Under the pieces are notes generated by a model, which did no database searches, was not told where the DNA came from, and saw nothing but the letters and a program-made list of their open reading frames with translations. A stretch of DNA of 64,000 nt from contig CAVTBU010000007.1 in the NCBI GenBank assembly GCA_963733035.1, forward strand, positions 192,001-256,000, read 5' to 3'. Of this stretch, positions 20,027 through 30,026 are shown one piece after another. The DNA comes from Pirellulales bacterium (GTDB taxonomy: Bacteria > Planctomycetota > Planctomycetia > Pirellulales > PALSA-1355). Each line of letters begins with the position of its first letter. The stretch's first letter is position 1. The translations under genes were made by a program, and so were the position numbers.

Positions 20027-20688
20027 ATGTACTCGATGCCACATCGTTACTCCGAGCACGACTTGGAACACTTCGTTGGTCTCCATGCCGATCATCCCTT
20101 ATCCACGACGCAACAACACGTGGCATGGGAAAACAATCTGCTGCGAGTCGAGTGCAATTTGGTGCACCACCTGCAAACGCTCGAGGATCGCCAGGCGGTG
20201 CGAATCATGCCGGCCGCGGAGTCCTACTATGCGGCGGTGGTTGTGCCCGTGGCGTCGGACGACCGATTTCATTTGGTCGGCCGCTATCGCTACGCGGTCG
20301 ATGGCTGGTCGCTTGAGTTTCCGCGGTTCGACCTGGAAACCGGCGACGACGGCTGGAAAGATGCGGCCGGGGTGGATCTGCTTCGCATCGCTGGACTGAA
20401 AGCCGAGCGGTTGGTGCTGCTCGGCGCCCTGCAAATTGACCCCGCGCTGCTTTCGACCTCGGCGGTGGTCGTATTGGCCGAAGGTTGCCGCCCCGCCGCC
20501 TCGACGAAACTCGCAACCGCGACCGGCACCGCGCAAGGCGCTACGCGGAGGAGAATGAGCCCGACGACCTGATTGCCGGGACGCTATCCGCCTCGCCGGC
20601 CGAACTGGCACAGCTCATCCGTGGCGGGCATGTGAGCTGCGGCGTGACGCTCGGGGCGTTATCACTTTATCGGTCGATAGCTCCATAG
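20027..20688 (+). CDS. Nudix-fold (ADP-ribose pyrophosphatase-like) protein with a degenerate Nudix box, frameshifted near 20545
   Basis: GAGGT RBS; AAVVVPV...LVGRYRYAVDGWSLEFP; C-terminal helix ELAQLIRGGHVSCGVTLGAL lies in ORF 20485..20688. Confidence 0.75.
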
Positions 20689-21012
20689 CAAAAGCGCGTC
20701 GAAGAAGTGCACCTCGACCGTCTCCTCAGAGTGTTGCTAGCCCCCCAATCGCCAGATTCTAGTCGCCCGCCGCCAATTCGCTAAAATAACTTCTATCGCC
20801 GGACAAAGCGGTCGCCCCGCGAATGGATCTGAGGCGTGGCTTGCGGCACCTCCTAGATCTCCGCGTGAATGCCAGCACACGCAGCTAGGAGACTGCCGCG
20901 CCGCACGCTGCTGCGGGCGTGCTTTGACCGCGACGGGTCGAGGATCCCAGCTGGGCAAGGACCGAAGTGGCAGCTGGTTTATGCGAGCCATTCCAACGAC
21001 ACGGAGGTCGAC

Positions 21013-22233
21013 TTGACAAAAGCACCAACCAGACGATTGCGCTTCGAGTTTCTCGAGCAACGGGAAGTGCTTTCGTCCTACGGCCTTATTGCGCCGATTG
21101 GACCGCAGCCGGGCGTCGCTGCTCCCGCGGGCGCGATCGTGCTGTCGGCATCATCCGGTCGCTCGACGAACCAGGCCATCCTCGACGGCGCACCGGCCAA
21201 CAGTACGTTTTACTTTCAGGCGGGTACCTATACCGACCTTACAATCGACGCTCTGCCCGGAGATCGCTTCATCGGGCAGTATGGCGCCATTCTCACGAGC
21301 ACTTGGCAAACTCACGCCTTTGTCGGAATTAACGGAACTTCCAGCCAGCGCATCACGGTCGAAAACCTGACCATCGACGGGTATCGCCCGCCGTACCAGC
21401 AGTCGGCAATTGCGGCCGATGACTACTGGCGAATCGATCACGTCGAGGTCCGCAATTCGGCGACCGGCGGCGTGCAGATCGGCTCGCATAGCGCGCTCAC
21501 CAACAGCTACGTTCACGACAATGGCCAGCTGGGGGTCGAGGCCTACTCGACCGACGACGGCTGCGAGTCCGTTTTGTTCTTCAATGATCGAGTCAGCCAC
21601 AACAATCCTGCGAATGCCTACGACTTCCAGGTCGAGGCCGGCGGCAGCAAGTTTTGGAACGTGACGGGTTTGACAGTCACCTACTGCGAATTCGACAACA
21701 ACGTCGGCGATGGGATCTGGATGGATGGCAATCTGGCCGGTGGAGGAAACACCGGCGCGATCATCAAAAACAACTGGACCCACGACAATGGCAGATATGG
21801 AATTTTCCAAGAGATCGGCGGCTCGGCCTGCATCACGAATAATCTCGTCGAGAATAACGGCATTACCGGACTCCGAAACCGTGACGGCACCGACGCCCTG
21901 GGCGCTGGCATCGCACTCGATAACTCCGAGTCCGTCTGGATTTACCAGAATGTCATTACCGGCAACTACAACGGCATCTTGCTCGAATCGTACATGCGAT
22001 CCGACACGACTCATCGCATCCGTAACGAGATCATCACGAGGAATGTGGTCACGATGAGCCAGGGTATTACCGGAGTCGTCGGTGACATGAGCCTTCTGGG
22101 TTCCCTTGTGTTCGACTACAACGCCTACGACTTTTCCGGCTCGGCGGCGTTCGCCTGGGCCGAGTCCTGGGGCTACACCTGGCAGCAGTGGCGGACCGCG
22201 GGTTTTGATCTACACGGAACGATAGCAACCTGA
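21013..22233 (+). CDS. Extracellular right-handed parallel beta-helix protein
   Basis: GGAGG RBS then TTG 21013; planctomycete export motif RRLRFEFLEQREVLS; Asn-ladder repeats (VHDNG, FDNNVGDGIW, HDNGRYGI, VENNG, ITGNYNGI). Confidence 0.88.
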   Translation: MTKAPTRRLRFEFLEQREVLSSYGLIAPIGPQPGVAAPAGAIVLSASSGRSTNQAILDGAPANSTFYFQAGTYTDLTIDALPGDRFIGQYGAILTSTWQTHAFVGINGTSSQRITVENLTIDGYRPPYQQSAIAADDYWRIDHVEVRNSATGGVQIGSHSALTNSYVHDNGQLGVEAYSTDDGCESVLFFNDRVSHNNPANAYDFQVEAGGSKFWNVTGLTVTYCEFDNNVGDGIWMDGNLAGGGNTGAIIKNNWTHDNGRYGIFQEIGGSACITNNLVENNGITGLRNRDGTDALGAGIALDNSESVWIYQNVITGNYNGILLESYMRSDTTHRIRNEIITRNVVTMSQGITGVVGDMSLLGSLVFDYNAYDFSGSAAFAWAESWGYTWQQWRTAGFDLHGTIAT

Positions 22234-22253
22234 CCGTTGAACCTTCTCACGCG

Positions 22254-22281
22254 TTGAATTGTCCTGCGCTCGGCGTATACT
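22254..22281 (+). promoter_or_regulatory. Sigma70-type promoter for asd
   Basis: TTGAAT-N16-TATACT about 100 nt upstream of the asd start. Confidence 0.45.
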
Positions 22282-22379
22282 AGCGTTTTGGCCCGGTCCG
22301 AGTGCGGCGGGGCAGGGCTTTCTTGCTTGTTTTGGGGAACTTCCGCCGCGGAAGCGTGCCCCGCTAGGAGACGATTGGC

Positions 22380-23420
22380 GTGTTGGATTCAGTGGCAGTT
22401 GTGGGCGCGACCGGCGCCGTCGGAACCATCATCCTGCAATTGCTTGAAGAGCGGGACTTTCCCTTCAAGCAGATCAAGTTTCTTTCGTCGAGCCGCTCGG
22501 CCGGGAAGAAACTGTGGTTTGCCGGCAAGGAACACACCGTCGAACAGCTAACGCCCGATTCGTTTGTCGGCGTCGATCTGGCCATCGGCAGCACGCCGGA
22601 TGAAACGGCCCGCGACTTCGCCCCCTGGGCCGTCGAGCGCGGCTGCCTCGTCGTCGACGAAAGCGGCTATTGGCGGATGGATCCCAAGGTTCCGCTGGTC
22701 GTCCCTGAGGTGAATCCCGACGCCATCGATACGCACCAGGGCATCATCGCCAGCCCGAACTGCTCGACCACGCAAATGGTTGTCGCGATGAAGCCGCTGC
22801 ACGATGCCGCGCGCATCCGCCGCGTGATCGTCAGTACCTATCAGGCCACAAGCGGAATGGGTCTGGCCGGCAGCAGCGAACTCAACGAGGCAACTCGTGC
22901 CGCGGTGAGCAAGGAGCCGTTTCAGCCGAGCGCCTTCGCCCACAACATTGCCTTCAACCTGATTCCGCAGATTGGCTCGCACAAAGAGCAGGGCTATACT
23001 TCCGAAGAAATGAAGATGGTCTACGAGACCCGCAAGATCTTCAGTGACGAATCGATCCAGGTCTGCCCGACCTGCGTCCGCGTGCCGGTGGCGAACTGCC
23101 ATAGCGAAAGCATCCTGGTCGAAACCGACAAGAAGCTCACGGTGGAGGAAGCGCATAAGCTGTTCGCCGCCACGCCGGGGATTGTCGTCGTCGATGATTT
23201 GGCGGCCAAGAGCTACCCGATGCCCGCCACCTGTGACGGCCGCGACGAAGTCTTCATCGGCCGTATTCGCGAGGATCTCTCCAGCCCCAACGGATTGGCG
23301 TTCTGGTGCGTGAGCGACAACCTCCGCAAGGGAGCCGCAACCAACGCCGTGCAAATTGCGGAGCTGTTGATCCGCCGGGGCGGCAAACTCCGTAAGCCAA
23401 CCGCCGTCGCAAGCAGGTAA
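22380..23420 (+). CDS. asd: Aspartate-semialdehyde dehydrogenase
   Basis: VVGATGAVG, PLVVPEVN, SPNCST, STYQATSG, CVRVPV..HSE, DNLRKGAATNAVQIAE. Confidence 0.97.
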   Translation: MLDSVAVVGATGAVGTIILQLLEERDFPFKQIKFLSSSRSAGKKLWFAGKEHTVEQLTPDSFVGVDLAIGSTPDETARDFAPWAVERGCLVVDESGYWRMDPKVPLVVPEVNPDAIDTHQGIIASPNCSTTQMVVAMKPLHDAARIRRVIVSTYQATSGMGLAGSSELNEATRAAVSKEPFQPSAFAHNIAFNLIPQIGSHKEQGYTSEEMKMVYETRKIFSDESIQVCPTCVRVPVANCHSESILVETDKKLTVEEAHKLFAATPGIVVVDDLAAKSYPMPATCDGRDEVFIGRIREDLSSPNGLAFWCVSDNLRKGAATNAVQIAELLIRRGGKLRKPTAVASR

Positions 23421-23498
23421 ACGGACGGATGACATGTCCACCGGTGACATCCGCTCTTTCTTTTTCTTTGGGTTGGATCCTGCCTTCAGTTTAGGTCA

Positions 23499-24281
23499 GT
23501 GGCCATGCGGACGTTTCGGTTGACGCTGGCCTATGACGGCACGCTGTATTCGGGATGGCAGGTGCAGCCCGGACGGGTGACGCTGCAAGGGACGCTGGAA
23601 GCGGCCTTGGCCAAGGTCACGCAAGAGGACATTCGCGCCACGGCTAGCGGTCGGACCGACGCCGGGGTGCACGCCCTGGGCCAGGTAGTGAGTTTTCGCG
23701 GCGAAACGGCGCTGGATCCGGACGTCCTGCAAAAGGCGCTGAACGCCGAGCTTCCGCAAGACATGGTCGTACTCGACGCGGCCGTGGCCCAAGACGACTT
23801 TCATGCCATTGCCAGCGCCGTCCGCAAGCGCTATCGCTACTTACTATTCGACGGGCCGGTGCGCGACGTCTTCGCCCGGCACTACTCCTGGTATATGCAC
23901 ACCAGGCTCGACGTCGCGGCGATGCACCGAGCTGCCCAGACGCTGGTTGGCAAGCACGACTTTTCCAGCTTCGAAACCTCGGGGTCCGAGCGCGAGTCAA
24001 GCGTTCGGACCGTTTTCGAGGTGACGCTCCGGCGAGGGCAGGGTGGCTCCACGCCGGTTTTCCCAGCGACCAGGGCTGCTGGTGACTTCGTAACCCTGGA
24101 AATCGAAGCCGACGGGTTCCTCTACAACATGGTCCGCGCCATCGTTGGTACGCTGGTAGAAGTGGGGCAGCAAAAGCGCGACGAGGCTTGGCTGGCCGAG
24201 GTGTTGTCGGCCTGCGATCGTCGTGCCGGCGGACGCACCGCGCCGCCCCAAGGCTTGTTTCTTGTCCGCGTCGATTACTGA
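23499..24281 (+). CDS. truA: tRNA pseudouridine(38-40) synthase
   Basis: YDGTLYSGWQ, SGRTDAGVHALGQ, GKHDFSSF, GFLYNMVRAIVG, TAPPQGLFL. Confidence 0.97.
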   Translation: MAMRTFRLTLAYDGTLYSGWQVQPGRVTLQGTLEAALAKVTQEDIRATASGRTDAGVHALGQVVSFRGETALDPDVLQKALNAELPQDMVVLDAAVAQDDFHAIASAVRKRYRYLLFDGPVRDVFARHYSWYMHTRLDVAAMHRAAQTLVGKHDFSSFETSGSERESSVRTVFEVTLRRGQGGSTPVFPATRAAGDFVTLEIEADGFLYNMVRAIVGTLVEVGQQKRDEAWLAEVLSACDRRAGGRTAPPQGLFLVRVDY

Positions 24282-24315
24282 CGCCATCGCTCGCTCGGCT
24301 CGCAACCAATCATCG

Positions 24316-25473
24316 ATGCGGATTGTTCATATCATTACCCGTATGATCCTGGGGGGCGCTCAGGAGAACACGCTCCTGACGTGCGAGGACCTCGTCCACG
24401 TCTACGGCGACGAAGTGCTGCTGCTTACCGGACCACCGCTTGGCCCGGAGGGAAGCTTGCTGGAACGCGCTGCGCACAACGTGCCTGTCGAAGTGTTGTC
24501 GGCACTGCGGAGGGAGATTCATCCCTGGCGCGATCCGCAGAGTTATTTTTCCATTAAGCAGGCTTTGGCCCGCTATCGTCCCGAAGTCGTGCACACGCAC
24601 AGCGGTAAGGCCGGCTTGCTCGGCCGAAAGGCCGCCTACGCGCTGGGTGTTCCGGCAATCGTGCACACCGTGCATGGAGCGCCATTTCATCCATACCAGC
24701 GAGGTTCCGCCCGCGCTCTCTTCCGGGCATGCGAGCGCTATGCCGCGACGCAATGCGACGCACTGGTGAGCGTGGCCGATGCCATGACCGACTTAATGGT
24801 CTCGGCTGGCGTCGCCCCGCGCGAGAAGTTCACGACCGTCTACAGTGGCATGGAAGTTGAACCCCTTCTTGCCGCCAACCGGCTTCGATCGGAAACCCGC
24901 CGACGGCTGGGATATTCGGACGAACATGTTGTCGTCGGCAAGATTGCCCGGCTGTTTCACCTTAAGGGGCATGAGGATGTTCTGGCCGCGGCCACACAAG
25001 CCGTGAAGACGCATCCCAACCTGCGTTTCCTGTTCGTCGGCGAAGGCCTTCTCCGTGAAAATCTGCGCAGGCAGATTCATCAGGCAGGACTGGACAAGTA
25101 CTTTCAATTCACTGGCCTCGTTCCGCCCAATGAGATTCCCGAACTAATCGGCGCGATGGACATCGTCGTGCATGCCAGCTTGCGCGAAGGTCTTGCCCGG
25201 GTGCTGCCGCAGGGGCTGATTGCCGGCAAGCCGGTCGTCAGCTACGACATCGATGGCGCAAGTGAAGTGGTCATCAACGACGAAACCGGCGTTCTCTTGC
25301 CCCCGCGCAATGTTGCGGGGCTAACTGCCGCCTTGACCCGCTTGGCCGACGACCCGGCCTTGCGAGAACGACTGGGCGCGACCGGCCGCACCAAGTTCAC
25401 GGAGCAATTCCGCCACGAGCATATGACGGCACAATTGCGGGCGTTGTACGAGCGGATTCTGGCCAACAAGTGA
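24316..25473 (+). CDS. Glycosyltransferase family 4
   Basis: GGAQE, VVHTHSGKAG, HTVHG, KGHE, SLREGLARV, KPVVSYDIDGASEVV. Confidence 0.93.
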   Translation: MRIVHIITRMILGGAQENTLLTCEDLVHVYGDEVLLLTGPPLGPEGSLLERAAHNVPVEVLSALRREIHPWRDPQSYFSIKQALARYRPEVVHTHSGKAGLLGRKAAYALGVPAIVHTVHGAPFHPYQRGSARALFRACERYAATQCDALVSVADAMTDLMVSAGVAPREKFTTVYSGMEVEPLLAANRLRSETRRRLGYSDEHVVVGKIARLFHLKGHEDVLAAATQAVKTHPNLRFLFVGEGLLRENLRRQIHQAGLDKYFQFTGLVPPNEIPELIGAMDIVVHASLREGLARVLPQGLIAGKPVVSYDIDGASEVVINDETGVLLPPRNVAGLTAALTRLADDPALRERLGATGRTKFTEQFRHEHMTAQLRALYERILANK

Positions 25474-25505
25474 GTTGGCAAACCGGCAACTCTGGCGATT
25501 GCCTC

Positions 25506-26921
25506 TCACTTGGTCAAGGCTTTCGCGTCCTCGACGACGCGCTGCGCGGGAACGTCGGCGCCGTTCTGATGAATCACCAGCCTGGCAATCTTGCCGTCAT
25601 CGCCAGGCTCGAAGTCGATGGTGGCATCCACCGGTCGGCAAAAGAAATGAGTCGCCGACGTGGGGCAGATTTGAATCTTCGGCTGCCCGGTCATTTGCAG
25701 AAACAGCCGCCTTCCGTCGCGCGTCACTTTGGCCGCCAGCAGTTTCGTCGCCTGGTACTTGCCAACGAGCGGATCAAGTTCCTTCTCACTCAACTCGATT
25801 GGTTTCGGCAATTCGAAACCCGCGGGCTCACTGCCCGACAGGAGTGTGAGCAACCGATTGCCAATCTGATCCACATAGGTTGACGAAGTATTGCCCAGCA
25901 CGACAACTCCGATCCGTTTTTCCGGATTGAATCCAGCAAACGCGCTATAGCCGCCGGTGCCACCATTGTGCCAAATGACGCCGTCCTTGCGACGCAGCAT
26001 CCACCCCAGGCCAACATCGTTATCCGCCTGGTCCGGGTTCTTGTAGTGCACGGCGTGTGTATTGGCGATGGCGGAGTCGAGCGTCGTACTACGAAGCCCG
26101 AGGTTGGCCGCCAGAAACTTGAGCATATCGTCCGTGGTCGAGCGCAACGCTCCGGCGCCGGCCAACGTGGGAATGTCCCAGTTGGCTACTGGATTGCCAT
26201 CGAAGTCGTGGCCCGTGGCGAGCCGCCGGCGGTCATCGTCATCGAGCGTAATCCGTGTTTCGGTCATCTCGAGCGGCTCCAGAATCGTCTTTTCGACGAG
26301 AGATTCGTAGTCGTAGCCGCTCTTGAGCACCAGCGCGTGTCCCAGCAGTCCCACGCCCAAGTTGCTATATACCGATTTTTCACCGGGCTCACGCGTTAAT
26401 TTGAGTCCACCCAGGAAAGTGCCCATTTGTTCGACGGTATAGTCGGCGTAGGGATTGTTCACGTCCCGGGGGCTGAAATTCGTCGGCATGCGAGGCAGAC
26501 CCGAGCTGTGCGTCGAAAGGTCCAGGAGCGTGATCTCGCGTTCTCCTTTCGGCACGATAATCGTGTGGGCCAGGAGCTGCTGCACCGGCTCGTCGAGAGA
26601 CACAGTGCCGTCCTCGACCATCTGTGCCAGGATCGTGCCGGTGAATACCTTCGTGATCGAGCCGATTTCAAACAGCGTATGCGGAGAGGGAGAATGCTCG
26701 TTCGACTCGGAAACGCGGCCGTAGCCGAGCTGCTGCGTTCCGTGCTCGTCGATCAAGCCGATGGCCAGCCCGTAGATCCAGTCCCCATCGATCAGCGGTG
26801 CAACCAATTTGTCGACTTTCTTGTGGTCGACGACCTCGGCAGCGCGAAGCTGGTGCCTTGCAAAAGTAGTCAGAACCAATACACCACATAGCAACGTCCC
26901 GAAACGACGCGAAGCGGACAT
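25506..26921 (-). CDS. Exported serine hydrolase (AmpC/class C beta-lactamase-like family) with an extra C-terminal domain
   Basis: Signal peptide; FEIGSITK (SxxK), YSN, WHNGGTGG. Confidence 0.92.
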   Translation of the reverse strand: MSASRRFGTLLCGVLVLTTFARHQLRAAEVVDHKKVDKLVAPLIDGDWIYGLAIGLIDEHGTQQLGYGRVSESNEHSPSPHTLFEIGSITKVFTGTILAQMVEDGTVSLDEPVQQLLAHTIIVPKGEREITLLDLSTHSSGLPRMPTNFSPRDVNNPYADYTVEQMGTFLGGLKLTREPGEKSVYSNLGVGLLGHALVLKSGYDYESLVEKTILEPLEMTETRITLDDDDRRRLATGHDFDGNPVANWDIPTLAGAGALRSTTDDMLKFLAANLGLRSTTLDSAIANTHAVHYKNPDQADNDVGLGWMLRRKDGVIWHNGGTGGYSAFAGFNPEKRIGVVVLGNTSSTYVDQIGNRLLTLLSGSEPAGFELPKPIELSEKELDPLVGKYQATKLLAAKVTRDGRRLFLQMTGQPKIQICPTSATHFFCRPVDATIDFEPGDDGKIARLVIHQNGADVPAQRVVEDAKALTK

Positions 26922-26962
26922 GTTTCACTCCTCGTGTGGAATTGATTCGATCCTGGCGATGC

Positions 26963-27766
26963 TCAGGTCATTTTTCGAACGATCCAATCTCCCAGGCTCG
27001 GAGAAAGTTGCGAAATGGCGAACACCAGTCGGGCTTTGCCGGGCACGACCAACTCCAGCTGTCGTCGCTCGCAGGCTCGCAGAATCCGCTGCGCGAGCCA
27101 GTCGGGCTGGATTAGTTTCACCTTGGCACCACCACCAGGTTTTCGGGCGCTGGCCGGCAGCGACGCAACTCTCTCCTCTGAGTAAATTCGCGGCTGACTG
27201 CGGGCTATTGGCCCGGGCGACACCAACAGCACGTGCAAGCCCTGTGGGCCCAATTCGAGCCGCAACTGCTGCGAGTACGCGCTGACGGCATACTTCGTGG
27301 CCGAGTAGGCACCCATATAGCGGGCCGCCGTCTTGCCGGCCAGCGAGCCGATATTTACCAGGTGCCCCTGCGCTTTGAGCAGTTCGGGCATTGCGGCCCG
27401 CGTGCACCGGACCAGGGCCGTGAAATTCAGGTCCATCAGCGCGGCAAACTTTTCGGCCGTCGTTTCGATGGCGGCGCCTCGGTCGGAGCTTCCGGCATTG
27501 TTGACCAGCACGTCGAGGCGCCCAAATTGCTCCAGTGTTTTCGCCAGTAGCGCGTCAACGTCGGCCTGCTGCCGAACGTCCGTCGCAACCGCGAGTACCT
27601 GTCCACCGTCAGCCCGCAAATCGGACGCGGCTTGTTCCAGTTTCTCGGCCGTGCGGGCAGCAATCACAACGCGCGCTCCGGCGCCGCAGAAGGCGCGCGC
27701 AATGGCGAGCCCCAGGCCGCTCGAGCCGCCGGTGACGACGACCGTTTTTTCGCTCCAAGTGCTCAT
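26963..27766 (-). CDS. SDR family oxidoreductase
   Basis: TGGSSGLG, NNAG, YSATK. Confidence 0.95.
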   Translation of the reverse strand: MSTWSEKTVVVTGGSSGLGLAIARAFCGAGARVVIAARTAEKLEQAASDLRADGGQVLAVATDVRQQADVDALLAKTLEQFGRLDVLVNNAGSSDRGAAIETTAEKFAALMDLNFTALVRCTRAAMPELLKAQGHLVNIGSLAGKTAARYMGAYSATKYAVSAYSQQLRLELGPQGLHVLLVSPGPIARSQPRIYSEERVASLPASARKPGGGAKVKLIQPDWLAQRILRACERRQLELVVPGKARLVFAISQLSPSLGDWIVRKMT

Positions 27767-27771
27767 CGAAG

Positions 27772-27799
27772 AAAAAACCCAGGGAGGCCTTCCCTGGGC
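27772..27799 (-). terminator. Terminator-like hairpin between the Gfo and SDR genes
   Basis: Minus strand CCCAGGGA-AGGCC-TCCCTGGG-TTTTTT, ending a few nt before the SDR ATG. Confidence 0.55.
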
Positions 27800-27848
27800 T
27801 TGGTGGGTTGGACAATCGTCTGTTTATACCGCGCCGGGCATGAGAGCG

Positions 27849-29165
27849 TTAGCTCACGCGCGGGATAGTATAGGGCTCTCGCTGTTTGCGACTCAACATG
27901 CTGTTGGCTTCGCTGTCGCCGACGAACTCCTCTTTCTGCGGATCCCAAGTCAACTTGCGGCCGAGCCGGATTGAGAGATTGCCCAAATGGCAAGCGCTCA
28001 CCGAGCGGTGCTGACTCTGTACATCGGAAATCGGCCACTTGCCATGCATCCAGGCTTCGAAGAAGTTGCCCATGTGGCTGCCCATCTTCGCCGTGTTGCC
28101 TTTGTACAGTTCGACGATGGCGGCCATGACTTTTTCTTTCAGTGCCGGGTCGGCATCCTGCTCTTCAATCGGCTTGCCGGTGATCCTCCCGCGGTTCACG
28201 TAGATCCGCCCCTTGTCGCCTTCGATCAACACGCCTTCATCGCCGGGCGGCTGAGCTCGCAGCAGGACAGTGACGCCGTTGGGATACTCGTAGTCGACCG
28301 ATACCAGCTTCGGCGTATTGAACCCGCCGGGAATACTAGGCAGTGTTGTCTTGGTGCCGTCGATCGTGGTGGGACCGGAATCCTCGATATCCATTACCCA
28401 GTGCGCGATGTCCATGTGATGCGCGCCCCAGTCGGTGGCAATGCCGCCAGAGTATTCGTACCACCAGCGGAAGTTGTGATGGCAGCGTTCGGGGCAGTAA
28501 TCAACCTGCGGTGCCTGTCCCAGCCAGTAATCCCAGTTCAAACCCTCGGGAACACTTTGTGGCTGGAAAGGGCCGCCTTCGGCCGTCGAGAGTGGAAGGT
28601 TGACCGTGATGGTCTTTAGCTTGCCCAAGCTGCCGCTACGAGCGGTGGCCACGGCCCGGCCGAAGAGTTCGAACTGATCGCCGCGCTGCTGCGTGCCGAC
28701 CTGCAAGACCTTGCCGGTTCGCTTCACGGCGGCCACCAACTGCTTACCTTCGTCAATCGTGAGCGTCAGCGGCTTTTCGCAGTAGACGTGTTTGCCCGAT
28801 TCGAGTGCGGCGATGGCAATCGCCGTGTGCCAGTGGTCGGGCGTACCGATGGTTACCGCCTCGATATCATGGCGGTCGAGTAGCTTGCGATAATCTTCGA
28901 ACACTTCCGCCTTTTGAAAATTCTCGTTCTTGATCCGCTCGGCATGTTGACGCTGCACATCGCAAACCGCCACCATATCGCCGAAGTTGCTCGCGGCGCG
29001 GGCGATGTGGCTGCCCTGGCCACCGGTGCCAATGGCACCCAGCAACGGGCGATTGTTCTTCGACTCGTCGGCCGTGGCACGAAAACTCCAAAACGGATTG
29101 GCCGCGAGCGCCATTGCGCCGGTCGAGGTTTGCACAAACTGACGCCGGGTCCATTGCTTGCTCAT
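27849..29165 (-). CDS. Gfo/Idh/MocA oxidoreductase with Tat signal
   Basis: TRRQFV twin-arginine motif; IGTGGQG, TPDHWH, YCEKP, QVGTQQR, DWGAHHMD. Confidence 0.95.
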   Translation of the reverse strand: MSKQWTRRQFVQTSTGAMALAANPFWSFRATADESKNNRPLLGAIGTGGQGSHIARAASNFGDMVAVCDVQRQHAERIKNENFQKAEVFEDYRKLLDRHDIEAVTIGTPDHWHTAIAIAALESGKHVYCEKPLTLTIDEGKQLVAAVKRTGKVLQVGTQQRGDQFELFGRAVATARSGSLGKLKTITVNLPLSTAEGGPFQPQSVPEGLNWDYWLGQAPQVDYCPERCHHNFRWWYEYSGGIATDWGAHHMDIAHWVMDIEDSGPTTIDGTKTTLPSIPGGFNTPKLVSVDYEYPNGVTVLLRAQPPGDEGVLIEGDKGRIYVNRGRITGKPIEEQDADPALKEKVMAAIVELYKGNTAKMGSHMGNFFEAWMHGKWPISDVQSQHRSVSACHLGNLSIRLGRKLTWDPQKEEFVGDSEANSMLSRKQREPYTIPRVS

Positions 29166-29246
29166 CAGATCTGCTCCAGGGTCACACATTCGACTACCAC
29201 GTAGCGGAAAGTTTAACGACGGCCGAATCGGCTCGCCACCAGACCG

Positions 29247-29864
29247 CTAGCTTTTGCCAGAATCGCCTACTTTTTCCTCGGAGTCGCCCGCCGTCACGAC
29301 CTCGAAATTCGTTACGGTCCAGTGAATTTCGAAGTCGGCTCCCAGGACCACGCGGTCGTATCGGCGCGGATAGCCATATTCGGGATCAAACTCCGCCCGA
29401 ATCACCACTTGCGTGGCTTTCGGCGAGTCAAACGAAGCCGCCGGATTCTCGGCCATGTCGAGCTCCTCGGCAATCATGTCCATCTGTCCCGGTACGGTCC
29501 AGTAGTACCAGGTGCGCTGCTGTTTGGGCTCGACGCCGTCACGAATCATGTGCACCGGCCGGCCATCACGCACCTCAACGTGAATCTTGCCCGGACGGTT
29601 CCCTGTCAATTCCAGGTCGAGGTTGTAGCTGGCCGGACCGTGCGTGTCCCAGCGCTCGGCCGCCTCTTCGTACGCCGCGCGGGTCAACAGTGGCGTATGA
29701 CTGCGATTGAGAATTGTGCCGACCAGCAGCCCGGCCACGACCGTGAGCGCGCCGAGCGATAGGCCCAACACGAACCGTGCGGCACGCAAGCGGCGCCGCT
29801 GCTTCGGTTCGCTGGATGTCTTATCAGATTCAGACTTCCGCGTCGGCGGATCGAGTTCAGTCAT
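29247..29864 (-). CDS. Membrane-anchored DUF6174-like protein
   Basis: Single TM; W...GPASY...VEVRDG...WTV...FDPEYGYP pattern. Confidence 0.7.
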   Translation of the reverse strand: MTELDPPTRKSESDKTSSEPKQRRRLRAARFVLGLSLGALTVVAGLLVGTILNRSHTPLLTRAAYEEAAERWDTHGPASYNLDLELTGNRPGKIHVEVRDGRPVHMIRDGVEPKQQRTWYYWTVPGQMDMIAEELDMAENPAASFDSPKATQVVIRAEFDPEYGYPRRYDRVVLGADFEIHWTVTNFEVVTAGDSEEKVGDSGKS

Positions 29865-30026
29865 CGGAATTCTTAATTCGAGCTATCAAACTGGTGAATT
29901 CTTGCTGGCGCGGCAATTTGATGTCCGCTGGTCAAATCTTATCGCCTGCGGTAGGCTGAGGCCAAGCGTTGCTCCAGGCGGACCGCTTCGTGATTCAACG
30001 CGACTGACACCTGGCAGAAACAACGC

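Noticed and set aside
20880..20900. Cobalamin riboswitch B12-box-like AGCTAGGAGACTGCC
   Set aside because: The upstream conserved elements (GGGAA, GCCCCC, GCCACTG) are not found in the right arrangement, and the downstream gene is unrelated to B12.
25506..26921. Antibiotic-resistance beta-lactamase
   Set aside because: It has HNG instead of the AmpC KTG triad plus an extra C-terminal domain. This fits the broad serine hydrolase/peptidase family, so resistance cannot be claimed.
27025..27108. 11-nt direct repeat CCAGTCGGGCT (two copies) inside the SDR gene
   Set aside because: Only two copies, within an intact coding region; compatible with chance.
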